This document shows, in pieces, positions 1 through 9,426 of a DNA stretch of 43,322 bases (positions are counted from its first letter, which is position 1; each line of letters opens with the position of its first letter). The notes under the pieces were generated by a model that ran no database searches, was not told the DNA's origin, and saw only the letters and a program-made list of their open reading frames with translations. Origin of the DNA: Candidatus Dojkabacteria bacterium UBA4813 (lineage in GTDB: Bacteria; Patescibacteriota; Dojkabacteria; SC72); contig DHFX01000015.1 in assembly GCA_002402455.1 (NCBI GenBank), positions 1-43,322 of the forward strand, given 5' to 3'. The position numbers were made by a program, and so were the translations under genes.

Positions 1-25
1 CTCTGACCAACTGAGCTACTTCGGC
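1..25 (-). tRNA. tRNA, 5' portion only (runs off window edge; isotype not determinable)
   Basis: Reverse complement reads GCCGAAG-TAGCTCAGTTGGTCAGAG, the acceptor-stem 5' strand plus a canonical D-arm. The anticodon lies outside the window. Confidence 0.85.
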
Positions 26-38
26 TTTTGCAGTTGCA

Positions 39-67
39 AGTTTAATATATGTAGGATATATAGTCAA
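39..67 (-). promoter_or_regulatory. sigma70-type promoter for the tRNA
   Basis: Minus strand TTGACT-17 nt-TAAACT just upstream of the tRNA 5' end. Confidence 0.6.
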
Positions 68-83
68 TATAACGATAATAGAG

Positions 84-250
84 AGGGGAGAGAATGCTCT
101 AGAGGATATGGAGTCATAGAGCTCTTAAAAACCAAGTGGGTTCTCGCAACCTATTCCCACAGGAAACAGGCTATGATAGAGATCCCTAAGCTCTTTTGTA
201 TGGAGCTATGAAACCATAGTATTCCTACTAGAGCAATATATTCTACCTTG
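84..250 (-). ncRNA. candidate 6S RNA (long rod with central bubble)
   Basis: Nested complementary segments found by eye (plus-strand text): AGAAT 91-95/ATTCT 240-244, TGCTCTAG 95-102/CTAGAGCA 228-235, AGGA..TATGG/CCATA..TCCT and TCATAG..CTC/GAGCTATGA. These enclose an unpaired central bubble. On the minus strand the inner part reads GGGATCTC/GAGAACCC with an apical hairpin TAGCCTGTTTCC-TGT-GGGAATAGGTTG whose G-U pairs favour the minus strand. A TAAAAT -10 lies at 273-278 (minus). Confidence 0.6.
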
Positions 251-294
251 AAAAGGTGTCATACACAAATATATTTTATCCTATAACGGCTATT

Positions 295-915
295 CTAGAG
301 GAAACCTAGTATATCCAAGGTTTTTGTAATAACAACGGACATATATGTTCCTGCTATCGATCCTGAAGGAAGAATTGGGAAGATTAGTAATAATATTAAT
401 AATATAGAGAACTTCTCTAATCTCTCCCATTGGTATCTAGCTTTTTGTGGGAGAATTGCTCTTACTATCTTATGTCCGTCGAGTGGAGGAATAGGAAGAA
501 CATTGAAAAAAGCAAGTGCCAAGTTAATTACCGTAAAGGTTAGTAAAAAGTTTCCTAGAATAGAACTAAGATCCGGTTGAAATATTAAATTTATAATCGC
601 AAGTAAACAGGCAAGCAAGAGATTTGAGACAGGTCCTGCTAGGGCTGTTAGTGCTGTTCCCAACTCCCTATTATCAAAATTGTTTTCGTTTATAGGTACA
701 GGCTTACTCCACCCGAATCTAAAAATTATCATGGAAAGAGCCCCCAAAGGATCGATATGTGGCAGAGGGTTTAAGGTCAATCTCCCTTCTGCTTTCGCGG
801 TAGGATCGCCCAATTTGAAAGCAACTAAACCGTGAGCATACTCATGCACTGTTGATGCTATTAATATTGAAGGAACGGCAAAAATAATCCAATAAAGTGT
901 ATCATTTGTAAACAT
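295..915 (-). CDS. site-2 protease family (M50) membrane zinc metalloprotease
   Basis: HEYAH and NVLPIPPLDG motifs, 'GDPTAKAEGRLTLNPLPHID' signature, several hydrophobic helices. Confidence 0.92.
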   Translation of the reverse strand: MFTNDTLYWIIFAVPSILIASTVHEYAHGLVAFKLGDPTAKAEGRLTLNPLPHIDPLGALSMIIFRFGWSKPVPINENNFDNRELGTALTALAGPVSNLLLACLLAIINLIFQPDLSSILGNFLLTFTVINLALAFFNVLPIPPLDGHKIVRAILPQKARYQWERLEKFSILLILLLIFPILPSGSIAGTYMSVVITKTLDILGFL

Positions 916-922
916 AATTAAA

Positions 923-968
923 ATTATAACACGAAAGACTAGAAAGAGATGCTTATCTCTGCTATAAT
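923..968. promoter_or_regulatory. divergent extended -10 promoters (S2P gene / rpmB)
   Basis: TGTTATAAT on the minus strand 7 nt before the ATG at 915; TGCTATAAT at 960-968, 9 nt before the rpmB ATG. A small inverted repeat AGAGAT-gctt-ATCTCT (945-960) lies between them. Confidence 0.6.
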
Positions 969-977
969 CTCCCCGTT

Positions 978-1202
978 ATGTCTAAAGTTTGTGAAATTTG
1001 CGGAAAATCTACAGTTGCTGGAAATAGAATTCAGCACAAGCACTCTGTCGGTTGGAGATATAAAGCTCCTAAAACCAAAAGAGAGTTCAAACCTAATCTC
1101 AGAAAGATAGAGGTTCTGGTTAATGGATCCGATACCCCCGTTAAAATGACTGTTTGCATGAAGTGTTATAAGAAGTTAAAGGGAGAGCAAGAGGAAAACT
1201 AA
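978..1202 (+). CDS. rpmB: 50S ribosomal protein L28 (Zn-binding CxxC...CxxC form)
   Basis: MSKVCEICGK...GN...TKREFKPNL...VCMKC matches the L28 pattern. Confidence 0.93.
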   Translation: MSKVCEICGKSTVAGNRIQHKHSVGWRYKAPKTKREFKPNLRKIEVLVNGSDTPVKMTVCMKCYKKLKGEQEEN

Positions 1203-1284
1203 GTTATCTTTCTCTCTTTTTTCACTCGTCATATCTTCTTTTTAATGATAAAATCGTTGTAACAGTTTTAAGACATAATTAATA

Positions 1285-2346
1285 ATGGCGATGAAATTAT
1301 TTGATTCTCTACTTGAGTTAGTTACCTATGATTTGGGTATAGACCTTGGTACTGCAAATACCATGGTGTATATGAGAAATCATGGAATTGTTGTTTCCGA
1401 ACCTTCGGTTGTTGCTGTTGAAAAGAGAAGTAAGACAGTTCTTGCTGTAGGGAAAGATGCTCGGCAGATGATAGGTAGAACTCCTGCGAATATTGTTGCT
1501 ATAAGGCCTTTAAGAGATGGTGTTATATCGGACTTTGATACTACTCAGGCGATGATTCATCATTTCATTCATAGGGCACACAATTATTTTGGTAAAAGTT
1601 TCAAAATTCCGAGACCTAGGGTAATTATTGGAGTTCCTTCTTCTGTTACTGAGGTAGAAAGGCAGGCGGTTATAGATGCCGCGAAAACGGCGGGGGCAAG
1701 AGAAGTTTACATAATAAAAGAAACCATGGCTGCTGCAATAGGAGCTGGACTTCCTATAGAAGACGCTTCCGGTAGCATGATAATAGATGTAGGTGGCGGA
1801 ACGACCGACATTGCAGTATTTTCACTTGGAGATATAGTTGTAGATAAAACAATGAAAGTTGCGGGAGACGAAATGGATGAAGATGTCGTTAACTATGTTA
1901 AGGGTAAATATAATGTATTAATAGGAGAGAGATCCGCTGAAGATATAAAAATTTCAATGGGTTCTGCTATTCCTATGAAGAAAGAAAAAAAGATGAGTGT
2001 TCAGGGAAGAGATCTTTTAACCGGGCTTCCCAAGACTGTTGAGCTAAGCAGTATTGAAGTAAGAGAGGGAATTATGAATACGATCTCCCAGATTACGGAA
2101 GCCGTAAAAGATGCAATAGAGGAAACCCCTCCGGAACTTTTGAAGGATCTTTTAATAGGTGGTGTTAGCTTAACTGGAGGTGGTGCATTAATTCGTGGCT
2201 TAGATACTTACTGGAGTAAAGAATTGAATGTTCCTGTTAAGATAGTGGAAGATCCGTTATCTACAGTAGCTAGAGGTACTGCACAGATGTTAGATCATAT
2301 AGAACTGCTAGAGCGTGTTCAGAAGTCTTGGGAAGAGTTGGTTTAA
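1285..2346 (+). CDS. mreB: rod shape-determining protein MreB
   Basis: GIDLGTANT, EPSVVA, RPLRDGVI, IDVGGGTTD and LTGGGALI actin-like motifs. Confidence 0.97.
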   Translation: MAMKLFDSLLELVTYDLGIDLGTANTMVYMRNHGIVVSEPSVVAVEKRSKTVLAVGKDARQMIGRTPANIVAIRPLRDGVISDFDTTQAMIHHFIHRAHNYFGKSFKIPRPRVIIGVPSSVTEVERQAVIDAAKTAGAREVYIIKETMAAAIGAGLPIEDASGSMIIDVGGGTTDIAVFSLGDIVVDKTMKVAGDEMDEDVVNYVKGKYNVLIGERSAEDIKISMGSAIPMKKEKKMSVQGRDLLTGLPKTVELSSIEVREGIMNTISQITEAVKDAIEETPPELLKDLLIGGVSLTGGGALIRGLDTYWSKELNVPVKIVEDPLSTVARGTAQMLDHIELLERVQKSWEELV

Positions 2347-2362
2347 CTTTGAATTCTAGGTT

Positions 2363-3193
2363 ATGAAGAAAGACTCTAAAAAAATATCAGTAGAGTATTT
2401 GGCTTTAGTTGGGGCAATTATATTTGGCGTTGGACTGCTTATCCTAGATTCTCTTGGGGCACTATCCTTTCTAAGAACAGGAATCTCGTTTGTTATGGAT
2501 CCTATCGCTTACCATGGTAGCTACGGCGGTAGTGAGATTAGGAATTATTTTGAAACCTTCGGTCGTCTTAATGAATTTCGTAGAGAGTACTCTGAACTAA
2601 GTATGAAAGTTTATGAACAGGAGGTAGATTCTGCTTTTTGTTCTACTCTTAAAGAAGAAAATGAAGCTCTTAAAAAGCAAATAGCGTTGGGTAATGTAGA
2701 ACAAAAATATGTATTGGCCAAAGTTTTAGCTCCTCTGGAAAAGAATCTCCTTAGGATCAATAAAGGAAAGGATGAGGGGGTAGCTATCGGGGACATTGTT
2801 GTTTTAGGAAATATGTATATTGGTTTGGTAGTAGAAGTGGACGAAAAGGGTTCTCTTGTGAGGTTACCATCTAATACGGGGAGCAGTTTGGAAGTAATAG
2901 TGGTTGAAGGAGATATAGAGAGTGCAAGGAACATGGAAAATATTTCTGTTTTGACAAAAGGGGTTGTAAAAGGTGCACCGGATGGGATAAAGATAGAAAA
3001 TATGTCTATGAACGCACCATTAAAAAATGGTGATACGGTAATAATTAACGACACAAGGGTAGGGGAATATCTTGTTTTAGGTAGTCTTGTTGGTCTTTCC
3101 GAAAACCCGGCAGTAACATCCAGAAGCGGCTATGTCTCGCCCATGTTTGATTATGACAGGCTAATGACTGTATTTGTAATTATAGGATCTTAA
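2363..3193 (+). CDS. mreC: rod shape-determining protein MreC
   Basis: N-terminal TM, coiled coil (LKEENEALKKQ), INKG..EGVAIGD beta domain; directly after mreB. Confidence 0.88.
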   Translation: MKKDSKKISVEYLALVGAIIFGVGLLILDSLGALSFLRTGISFVMDPIAYHGSYGGSEIRNYFETFGRLNEFRREYSELSMKVYEQEVDSAFCSTLKEENEALKKQIALGNVEQKYVLAKVLAPLEKNLLRINKGKDEGVAIGDIVVLGNMYIGLVVEVDEKGSLVRLPSNTGSSLEVIVVEGDIESARNMENISVLTKGVVKGAPDGIKIENMSMNAPLKNGDTVIINDTRVGEYLVLGSLVGLSENPAVTSRSGYVSPMFDYDRLMTVFVIIGS

Positions 3194-3194
3194 A

Positions 3195-3698
3195 ATGTTA
3201 ATACTAAATATATTCTTAACAATTTTAGGTTTGTTTGCTTTAGTATATTTCGAAAGTCTCCTTTTTGTCCTCATTGGGATTAAACTTTCCTTAATAATCT
3301 TCTTTTTTCTCTTTCGTAAGGTAGACTCCAAGATTCTTTTTTTTATATCTTTCCTAGCATTTTTAATTTTTGATGTTATTTACAAATTCCCTCTAGGCAG
3401 TAATATTCTTGTCCTTGCTATCCCTTTGCTTATGTATATGCTAATTTCCATGTTTATCTCTCTGGATTTTGGCTTAGTGGCATTTTTGGTTAAGACCGTA
3501 ATATTCTGGGTCTACTACATAATTCTTGCTACGCTTCCAAACCTTTTTGTCGTAGGGAAATTAGGTGCATTAACATGGGATGAAGTCCTGAGAGCTTTTT
3601 TAAGAGGCTTTTTGACGGCTATTGGTGTTTTTATACTCGATTATATACTCACAGGTTTTAGAAAAAGAGGAAAAAGTTCTCAGATTCGGTTAAAATAG
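3195..3698 (+). CDS. mreD: MreD-like integral membrane protein
   Basis: About 5 hydrophobic helices, 167 aa, located between mreC and PBP2. The call rests mostly on synteny. Confidence 0.65.
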   Translation: MLILNIFLTILGLFALVYFESLLFVLIGIKLSLIIFFFLFRKVDSKILFFISFLAFLIFDVIYKFPLGSNILVLAIPLLMYMLISMFISLDFGLVAFLVKTVIFWVYYIILATLPNLFVVGKLGALTWDEVLRAFLRGFLTAIGVFILDYILTGFRKRGKSSQIRLK

Positions 3699-3701
3699 AG
3701 T

Positions 3702-5714
3702 GTGAATCTAAGAATTTCTAAAAGGTTACAACAAGACAGGGATTGTAGAAGAAAGAGACTCTCTATAAAAAGAAGTTCTCCTAATATCAATGGGGTCGCT
3801 AAAGATATTAAAAAGACTCTATTAGAACCGACATTAGAGAGTGGAGATATGCGCTGGAACTACGTTTTGGTTTTCCTTTTATTTCTCTTTTTGTTCGGAG
3901 TTCTCGTATTTAACCTTTCTTCCTTACAAATAGTTCAAGGGGAAGAGATGCTTGCAAAATCAGAGAATAATCAAATTAGAATAAGAACAATTCCCGCATA
4001 CAGAGGTGTTATTTTTGATCGTAATGGCAAACAGTTGGCGATTAACGAAGCGGCTATGAATGTATATCTGGCGATGGAGCATTATCTTGACCAAGAAGGA
4101 TTGATAAACACGGAATTAGTCGAGAAGACATCAAATACCCTCGGGGGTATATTGGGGGACAACTGGGAGAATACTACCCAAGAGGGTAATGAGCAGTTCA
4201 ACACTATTTCCGAGAAGGTATATTCTGTCCATAGTCAAAGTTCTTATTTTTCTGAAATCCTTATTGCCAGAGATATAGATGATGAAACGGCGATTAAAAT
4301 AAAAGCAATGAGTGAAGAGCTTCTCGGAGTTTATATAGATAACGGAAGTAAGAGGTTCTATCCAGAGAATGAAGTCCTTTCTCACGTGTTGGGGTATACT
4401 GGAACTGTTTCAGTAGAGGACCTTTCTGAATTGGATTACGTTTCTTCAACCGATGTAATAGGGCGTACCGGATTAGAGAGGGAGTACGATAAAGATCTCT
4501 TGGGTCAGGCAGGGGAGATTGCTTGGGAAGTAGACGCACTTGGCAGAACCATTTCCGAAGAAGGGTATGTCATTAAGGAACCGGTACCCGGTAAGAATCT
4601 TTATTTAACTATAGATCTTGAAGTTCAGAAGCAGCTGTATGAGGTTATAAAGGAGGGTGTTAAGGAATATGACGCTCAGGGGGGAGCAGGCATAATACAA
4701 AACCCGCAGACAGGAGAGATAGTAGCAATTGTTTCGTATCCTAGTTATGACAACAATCTCTTCGTTGGGGGAATATCTTCTTCTGAGTACTCTAAATTAA
4801 TAAATGATCCAAGAAATCCGTTATTGAACAGAGCAATAGCGGCACAAGTACCTCCCGGCTCCACTTTCAAAACCTTAGTTGCGATAGCAGCCTTAGATGC
4901 CGGAGCAATAACAAAGGACACGGTATATGTCAGCAGGAGAGGTTACACATTCTCTAGTGGTGCACCGTTTCAAGATTACAGGAATATGGCATACGGACCA
5001 TTGAACCTAATTGATGCAATTTCCGTTTCCTCTAATATCTATTTCTGTGAATTAATAAGAAATTGGGATATGAATGAATTAGTTCCATACTTAGAGGCCT
5101 TTGGGATAGGTAGGTACACAGGTATAGATATCCCAGGAGAAGCTCCTGGGAGAGTCCCGTCTCCTGAGAATAAAATAGCCCTAGCTAATACAACAAGTCC
5201 TTGGTTAGACCCTGTTTGGTATCCTGAGGGGGATTCCTGCAACTCTGTCATCGGGCAAGGTATTACTTTAGTAACACCTCTGCAGATGGTTAATTGGACC
5301 TCGGGTATAGCAAACGAAGGAACGCTACATACCCCTCGTGTCGGAGATTACTTTTTAAATGAAGATGGGGAGAGAGAAACAGTGGGGTCTGACCCCAGGG
5401 AGGTGCCTTTCGGAGATTCTATAAAGATAGTAAAAGAGGGGATGTGGTCCGCAGTTAACGGTCCAAGGGCAACGATTCGTACCCTAAGTGGTATGGCAGT
5501 GGAAGTAGCTGCCAAAACAGGAACTGCAGAGTTCGGAGCATTAAATAAGGACGGAACATACGAAAACACGCATGCATGGACAACAAGTTTCTTTCCCTAT
5601 GATGATCCTAAATATACAATGACAATATTTCTGGAAGATGGTGGTGAGAGTATAAATGCAGTAAGAGTTTCTAGGCAGATGATAGAGTGGATGATTAAAG
5701 AAGATTTAATCTAG
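3702..5714 (+). CDS. mrdA: penicillin-binding protein 2 (class B transpeptidase)
   Basis: RGVIFDRNG, GRTGLE, PGSTFK (SxxK), SSN (SxN) and KTGTAE motifs; part of the mre cluster. Confidence 0.93.
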   Translation: MNLRISKRLQQDRDCRRKRLSIKRSSPNINGVAKDIKKTLLEPTLESGDMRWNYVLVFLLFLFLFGVLVFNLSSLQIVQGEEMLAKSENNQIRIRTIPAYRGVIFDRNGKQLAINEAAMNVYLAMEHYLDQEGLINTELVEKTSNTLGGILGDNWENTTQEGNEQFNTISEKVYSVHSQSSYFSEILIARDIDDETAIKIKAMSEELLGVYIDNGSKRFYPENEVLSHVLGYTGTVSVEDLSELDYVSSTDVIGRTGLEREYDKDLLGQAGEIAWEVDALGRTISEEGYVIKEPVPGKNLYLTIDLEVQKQLYEVIKEGVKEYDAQGGAGIIQNPQTGEIVAIVSYPSYDNNLFVGGISSSEYSKLINDPRNPLLNRAIAAQVPPGSTFKTLVAIAALDAGAITKDTVYVSRRGYTFSSGAPFQDYRNMAYGPLNLIDAISVSSNIYFCELIRNWDMNELVPYLEAFGIGRYTGIDIPGEAPGRVPSPENKIALANTTSPWLDPVWYPEGDSCNSVIGQGITLVTPLQMVNWTSGIANEGTLHTPRVGDYFLNEDGERETVGSDPREVPFGDSIKIVKEGMWSAVNGPRATIRTLSGMAVEVAAKTGTAEFGALNKDGTYENTHAWTTSFFPYDDPKYTMTIFLEDGGESINAVRVSRQMIEWMIKEDLI

Positions 5715-5742
5715 ATTTAATCTCTCCTTGTAATCATTTTCT

Positions 5743-6435
5743 ATGCATATGCAGACATTATGCGCAAAGGAGATTCCTCCTTTGTTAAAAGAGGCCGTTC
5801 CAAACCTGAATACTTTATATTTTGTGGGCAACAAAGATTTGTTGAAAACAGTCTGTATAACCTTTGTCGGCACCAGAGATATTACAAAATACGGGGAATT
5901 TGTTATAAAAGAGCTCTTAAACAAAGAATTAGCTAACTGTAATATTGCCATAGTTAGCGGTTTAGCCAGGGGGGTAGATGCTTATGTACATAAAACATGC
6001 CTTGAAATGGGAATTAAGACAATAGCAATAGTTCCCGGATCTATAACTAGTGCTATTCCCAAATCCAACAGGGAAATATTTCAGGAGATTAAAAAGGAAG
6101 GTCTTATTCTTGCAGAATATCCGGAAGGAACTACATTAAGAAAGGAAATGTTTGTTCTGAGAAATAGGCTTTTAGCCGGGATATCTCCTTTAACAATAGT
6201 AATTCAGGCGGGAGAAAAGAGTGGTTCCTTAATAACTGCAAATATGGCGATTAATTACAACAGAGAGCTTTGTGTTGTTCCCGGGGATATAAATAGAGAA
6301 GTTTCTAAGGGCTGTAATTTCCTTGCGAAGCAGGGAGCCGGTATAATCACAAGTTTCGTTGATCTCAAAAACCTACTTGGAATTATTAACGACCAATTAA
6401 CAATAAAGTGCGAACACCTTGTGCAAGGAAAATGA
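5743..6435 (+). CDS. dprA: DNA-protecting protein DprA (short, Rossmann-fold core only)
   Basis: VGTR, VSGLARGVD, RNRLLAG, SGSLITA and VPGDI...GCN motifs; upstream of topA. Confidence 0.92.
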   Translation: MHMQTLCAKEIPPLLKEAVPNLNTLYFVGNKDLLKTVCITFVGTRDITKYGEFVIKELLNKELANCNIAIVSGLARGVDAYVHKTCLEMGIKTIAIVPGSITSAIPKSNREIFQEIKKEGLILAEYPEGTTLRKEMFVLRNRLLAGISPLTIVIQAGEKSGSLITANMAINYNRELCVVPGDINREVSKGCNFLAKQGAGIITSFVDLKNLLGIINDQLTIKCEHLVQGK

Positions 6436-6441
6436 ACAAAT

Positions 6442-6471
6442 TTGACAACTTAAGTATAATTAATGTATTTT
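6442..6471 (+). promoter_or_regulatory. putative topA promoter
   Basis: TTGACA-18 nt-TATTTT, 6 nt before the ATG at 6478. Confidence 0.45.
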
Positions 6472-6477
6472 GAACCC

Positions 6478-8592
6478 ATGGCAAATAAAACCTATAAAAA
6501 TTTGTTAATCGTTGAGTCTCCCTCCAAAGCGAAGACAATAAACAAGTATTTGGGCAGTGACTTTAAGGTCATGGCCACAGTTGGTCACATAATAGATCTT
6601 CCAAAAAGTAATTTAGGTGTGGATGTCGAAAATAATTACGAACCACAACTAGATACTATTTATGGTAAAGGAAAAGTTGTTAAAGAACTTAAAAAGGCTA
6701 TTCCTAAGGAAGGAGATGTGTATTTAGCAATGGACCCGGATAGAGAAGGAGAGGCAATTGCCTATCATACTTCTGTAGAATTAAGTCTTAAGAAACCAAA
6801 AAGAGTAACATTCCACGAAATAACGGAAGAAGCAGTCAAAAAAGCGGTAGCAAACCCAGGGGAGATAAACATGAATTTGGTTGAAGCTCAGAAAGCCAGA
6901 AGGGTCTTAGACAGACTGGTGGGATACAAACTCTCCGAACTTATCTGGAAAAAGATTTGGTACGGTCTCTCTGCAGGGAGAGTTCAATCAGTTGCATTAA
7001 GACTAGTCGTTGAAAAGGAGGAAGAGAGAGAAGCGTTTAAAAAGGAAGAGTATTGGGAAGTATCTGTAAAATTAAAAGACTCTGACAAAAACATAGTAAT
7101 AGCTAAACTTTCCACCAAAGAGGGTAAGAAATATATTCCTAAAAATGAAAATGAAGTTAAAGATATCCTAGAGGGTATAGGAGATAGTAAGTTTTTAGTT
7201 AAAGAGGTTACAGTAAAAAAGAAAAGTAAGCATGCGTATCCACCATTTACTACATCAACTCTTCAGCAAAGTGCAAATACAATTTTAGGATATACTTCTA
7301 AGCGAACTATGAGTATTGCACAGGCTCTGTACCAGTCAGGTTACATCACATATATGCGTACAGACTCTGTTTACTTAGCAAAAAAGGCTATAGATCAGAT
7401 TAAAAAGCTTGTTGAGGATAAATACGGGAAAGAATATATTCCACAAAAGCCCAACTACTACAAGAATAAGGTAAAAAATGCTCAAGAAGCACACGAGGCC
7501 ATAAGACCTACAGATTTTTCTTTAGATCTTTCTCAAATTGAAAAAGAACACGGCAAAGCTGCAGTTATGCTTTATGAATTGATCTGGAAACGTGCTGTAT
7601 CTAGCCAGATGAGTAATAAAGAAGTTGAAGTTTTGAAAGTATCTTTGAAACCAAAAGATTTAGATAAACCTGAATATATTTTTACTTTAGGCGGAGAGAG
7701 AACACTCTTTGACGGTTTTAGGAGAGTCTTAGGTAACAAGAAAGACGCAGATGATCTACAGGAAATTTCTAAATTAAGGAGAGGGGACGAATTGGAAAAG
7801 GTAGAGTTTGTGAATGAACAAAAATTTACTCAACCTCCTGCCAGATATACAGAGGCTTCCTTAATTAAAAAGCTTGAGGAACTAGGAATAGGTAGACCTT
7901 CTACATATTCCTCAATAATATCTACAATCAGAGGCAGAGGTTATGTTGAATTCGAAGCAAAAGCAATATTTCCTACAGATATCGGTAGAGTAGTAACTAA
8001 CTTTTTAAGAGGAAACTTTAAGAGATTGGTAGATTACAAATATACCGCGAAAGTTGAGGATGACTTGGACGACATTGCATTGGGTAAAAAGGAGTATGTT
8101 CCTGTCATAGACAAGGAATATAAATCCCTTATGGAAAATATTAAAAAGGCAGATAAAGAAGTTAACAAAGAAGATGTCGTTATACTAGGTAAATCAGATG
8201 AGAAATGTCCGGAATGCGGAGGGGAAATGGTTGTAAGAATAGGTAGGTATGGAAAATTCTTAAGCTGTGCGAGATTCCCGGAGTGTAAAGGGATGAGGGA
8301 TCTTAACGGGCAAGAAGATAGTTTGGACTATGGTAAATATTTTAAACCCGAAAAATGTCCGAAGTGTGGTGCTAAGATGGTTTTAAAGAACGGTAAATAC
8401 GGTAAATTTTGGGCTTGTGAGAAATATCCAGAATGTAAGGGAATAGTGCCTCTTTTGTTGAATGAAAAATGCCCAAAGTGTGGAAATCACTTAGTGGAAA
8501 GAAAAAGTAAGTGGGGCAAGACATTTATAGGGTGCAGTAACTATCCAAATTGCACCTACATCAAGGGGAGTAAGAATAACGAGCAAACCTAA
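6478..8592 (+). CDS. topA: DNA topoisomerase I (type IA) with three C-terminal Zn ribbons
   Basis: IVESPSKAK, DPDREGEAI, SAGRVQS, ITYMRTDS (catalytic Tyr), AQEAHEAIRPT and GIGRPSTY motifs; 3 C4 zinc ribbons. ATG 6478 preferred over 6463. Confidence 0.97.
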   Translation: MANKTYKNLLIVESPSKAKTINKYLGSDFKVMATVGHIIDLPKSNLGVDVENNYEPQLDTIYGKGKVVKELKKAIPKEGDVYLAMDPDREGEAIAYHTSVELSLKKPKRVTFHEITEEAVKKAVANPGEINMNLVEAQKARRVLDRLVGYKLSELIWKKIWYGLSAGRVQSVALRLVVEKEEEREAFKKEEYWEVSVKLKDSDKNIVIAKLSTKEGKKYIPKNENEVKDILEGIGDSKFLVKEVTVKKKSKHAYPPFTTSTLQQSANTILGYTSKRTMSIAQALYQSGYITYMRTDSVYLAKKAIDQIKKLVEDKYGKEYIPQKPNYYKNKVKNAQEAHEAIRPTDFSLDLSQIEKEHGKAAVMLYELIWKRAVSSQMSNKEVEVLKVSLKPKDLDKPEYIFTLGGERTLFDGFRRVLGNKKDADDLQEISKLRRGDELEKVEFVNEQKFTQPPARYTEASLIKKLEELGIGRPSTYSSIISTIRGRGYVEFEAKAIFPTDIGRVVTNFLRGNFKRLVDYKYTAKVEDDLDDIALGKKEYVPVIDKEYKSLMENIKKADKEVNKEDVVILGKSDEKCPECGGEMVVRIGRYGKFLSCARFPECKGMRDLNGQEDSLDYGKYFKPEKCPKCGAKMVLKNGKYGKFWACEKYPECKGIVPLLLNEKCPKCGNHLVERKSKWGKTFIGCSNYPNCTYIKGSKNNEQT

Positions 8593-8663
8593 AAAGAGGA
8601 GAAAGATCTAAAAAGAAAAGTAGTTAACTATCTTTTTAACAACTCATCTATTAAGATGGTTAT

Positions 8664-9304
8664 ATGCTTCCTAGAGAGAAATATATAGAAAAAGGGTATA
8701 GATAATCTCAGTGATCAGGATCTAATCGCAATAATAGTTGGGACTGGTACAAAGGGTAAAAACTTTATGAGTGTCTCAAGAAGTGTTGTTGTTAGAATGA
8801 GAAGACTGGTTGAAGAGCGGAAAAGATGTTAATATCCAAGATATCACAGAGGTGGAACGGAGTGGGGGTAGTTACGGCAATGAGGATTCTCGCCGGTATA
8901 GAATTGGGCAAAAGGTTATATGGCCTTGAAACTAATGAGAAGAAGTGTAGTAAGGAATTCTCAGGAAGCATACTCGGCTCTAAGAGATATCGGTAGTAGG
9001 AAGCAGGAGCATGTTATTGCTCTTTTTCTTAACTCTCGTTTTGAAGTTTTAGAAAGAAGAGTAATTTGCATAGGTAGCCTAGACGGTGTTAATGTTCTTC
9101 CCAGGGACATAATAATCCCTGGCATTGGAACTTAATGCAAGTAGCGTGGTAATAGCACACAACCACCCCTCAGGAGATCCCACTCCCAGTGACGAAGATA
9201 TCCTTATTACAAAAAGGATTCAAGAAGGTCTAGAGCTGGTAGGCTTAAATCTTTTAGATCATATCATAGTTGCTAATGACTCTTGGAGGAGAATAGAGAT
9301 ATAA
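8664..9304 (+). pseudogene. radC: RadC family (JAB/MPN) protein, interrupted by five +1 frameshifts
   Basis: Removing five single-base insertions gives MLPREK...GIDNLSDQDLIAII...GVGVVTAMRILAGIELGKR...QEHVIALFLN...PRDII..ALELNASSVVIAHNHPSGDPTPSDEDI.IT...LLDHIIV, a complete RadC of about 211 aa. Confidence 0.85.
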
Positions 9305-9307
9305 AAG

Positions 9308-9336
9308 TTGTAAAAGCTTTTTTAACCTTGTATAAT
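9308..9336 (+). promoter_or_regulatory. rpsB-tsf promoter
   Basis: TTGTAA-17 nt-TATAAT about 90 nt upstream of rpsB. Confidence 0.65.
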
Positions 9337-9362
9337 CCAGTTGTTTAATTAATATATCTCAT

Positions 9363-9403
9363 ATATCTTTGTTCCAATCCTGGACATAGTCCAACAAAGA
9401 TAT
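9363..9403 (+). promoter_or_regulatory. structured rpsB 5' leader hairpin
   Basis: Perfect 11-bp stem ATATCTTTGTT/AACAAAGATAT enclosing GGAC-ata-GTCC, just before a purine-rich RBS (AAGGAAAGGA). Confidence 0.55.
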
Positions 9404-9426
9404 TAATAAAAGGAAAGGAAATAAAA

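Noticed and set aside
8920..9135. 71-aa stand-alone ORF
   Set aside because: It is one frame segment of the frameshifted radC.
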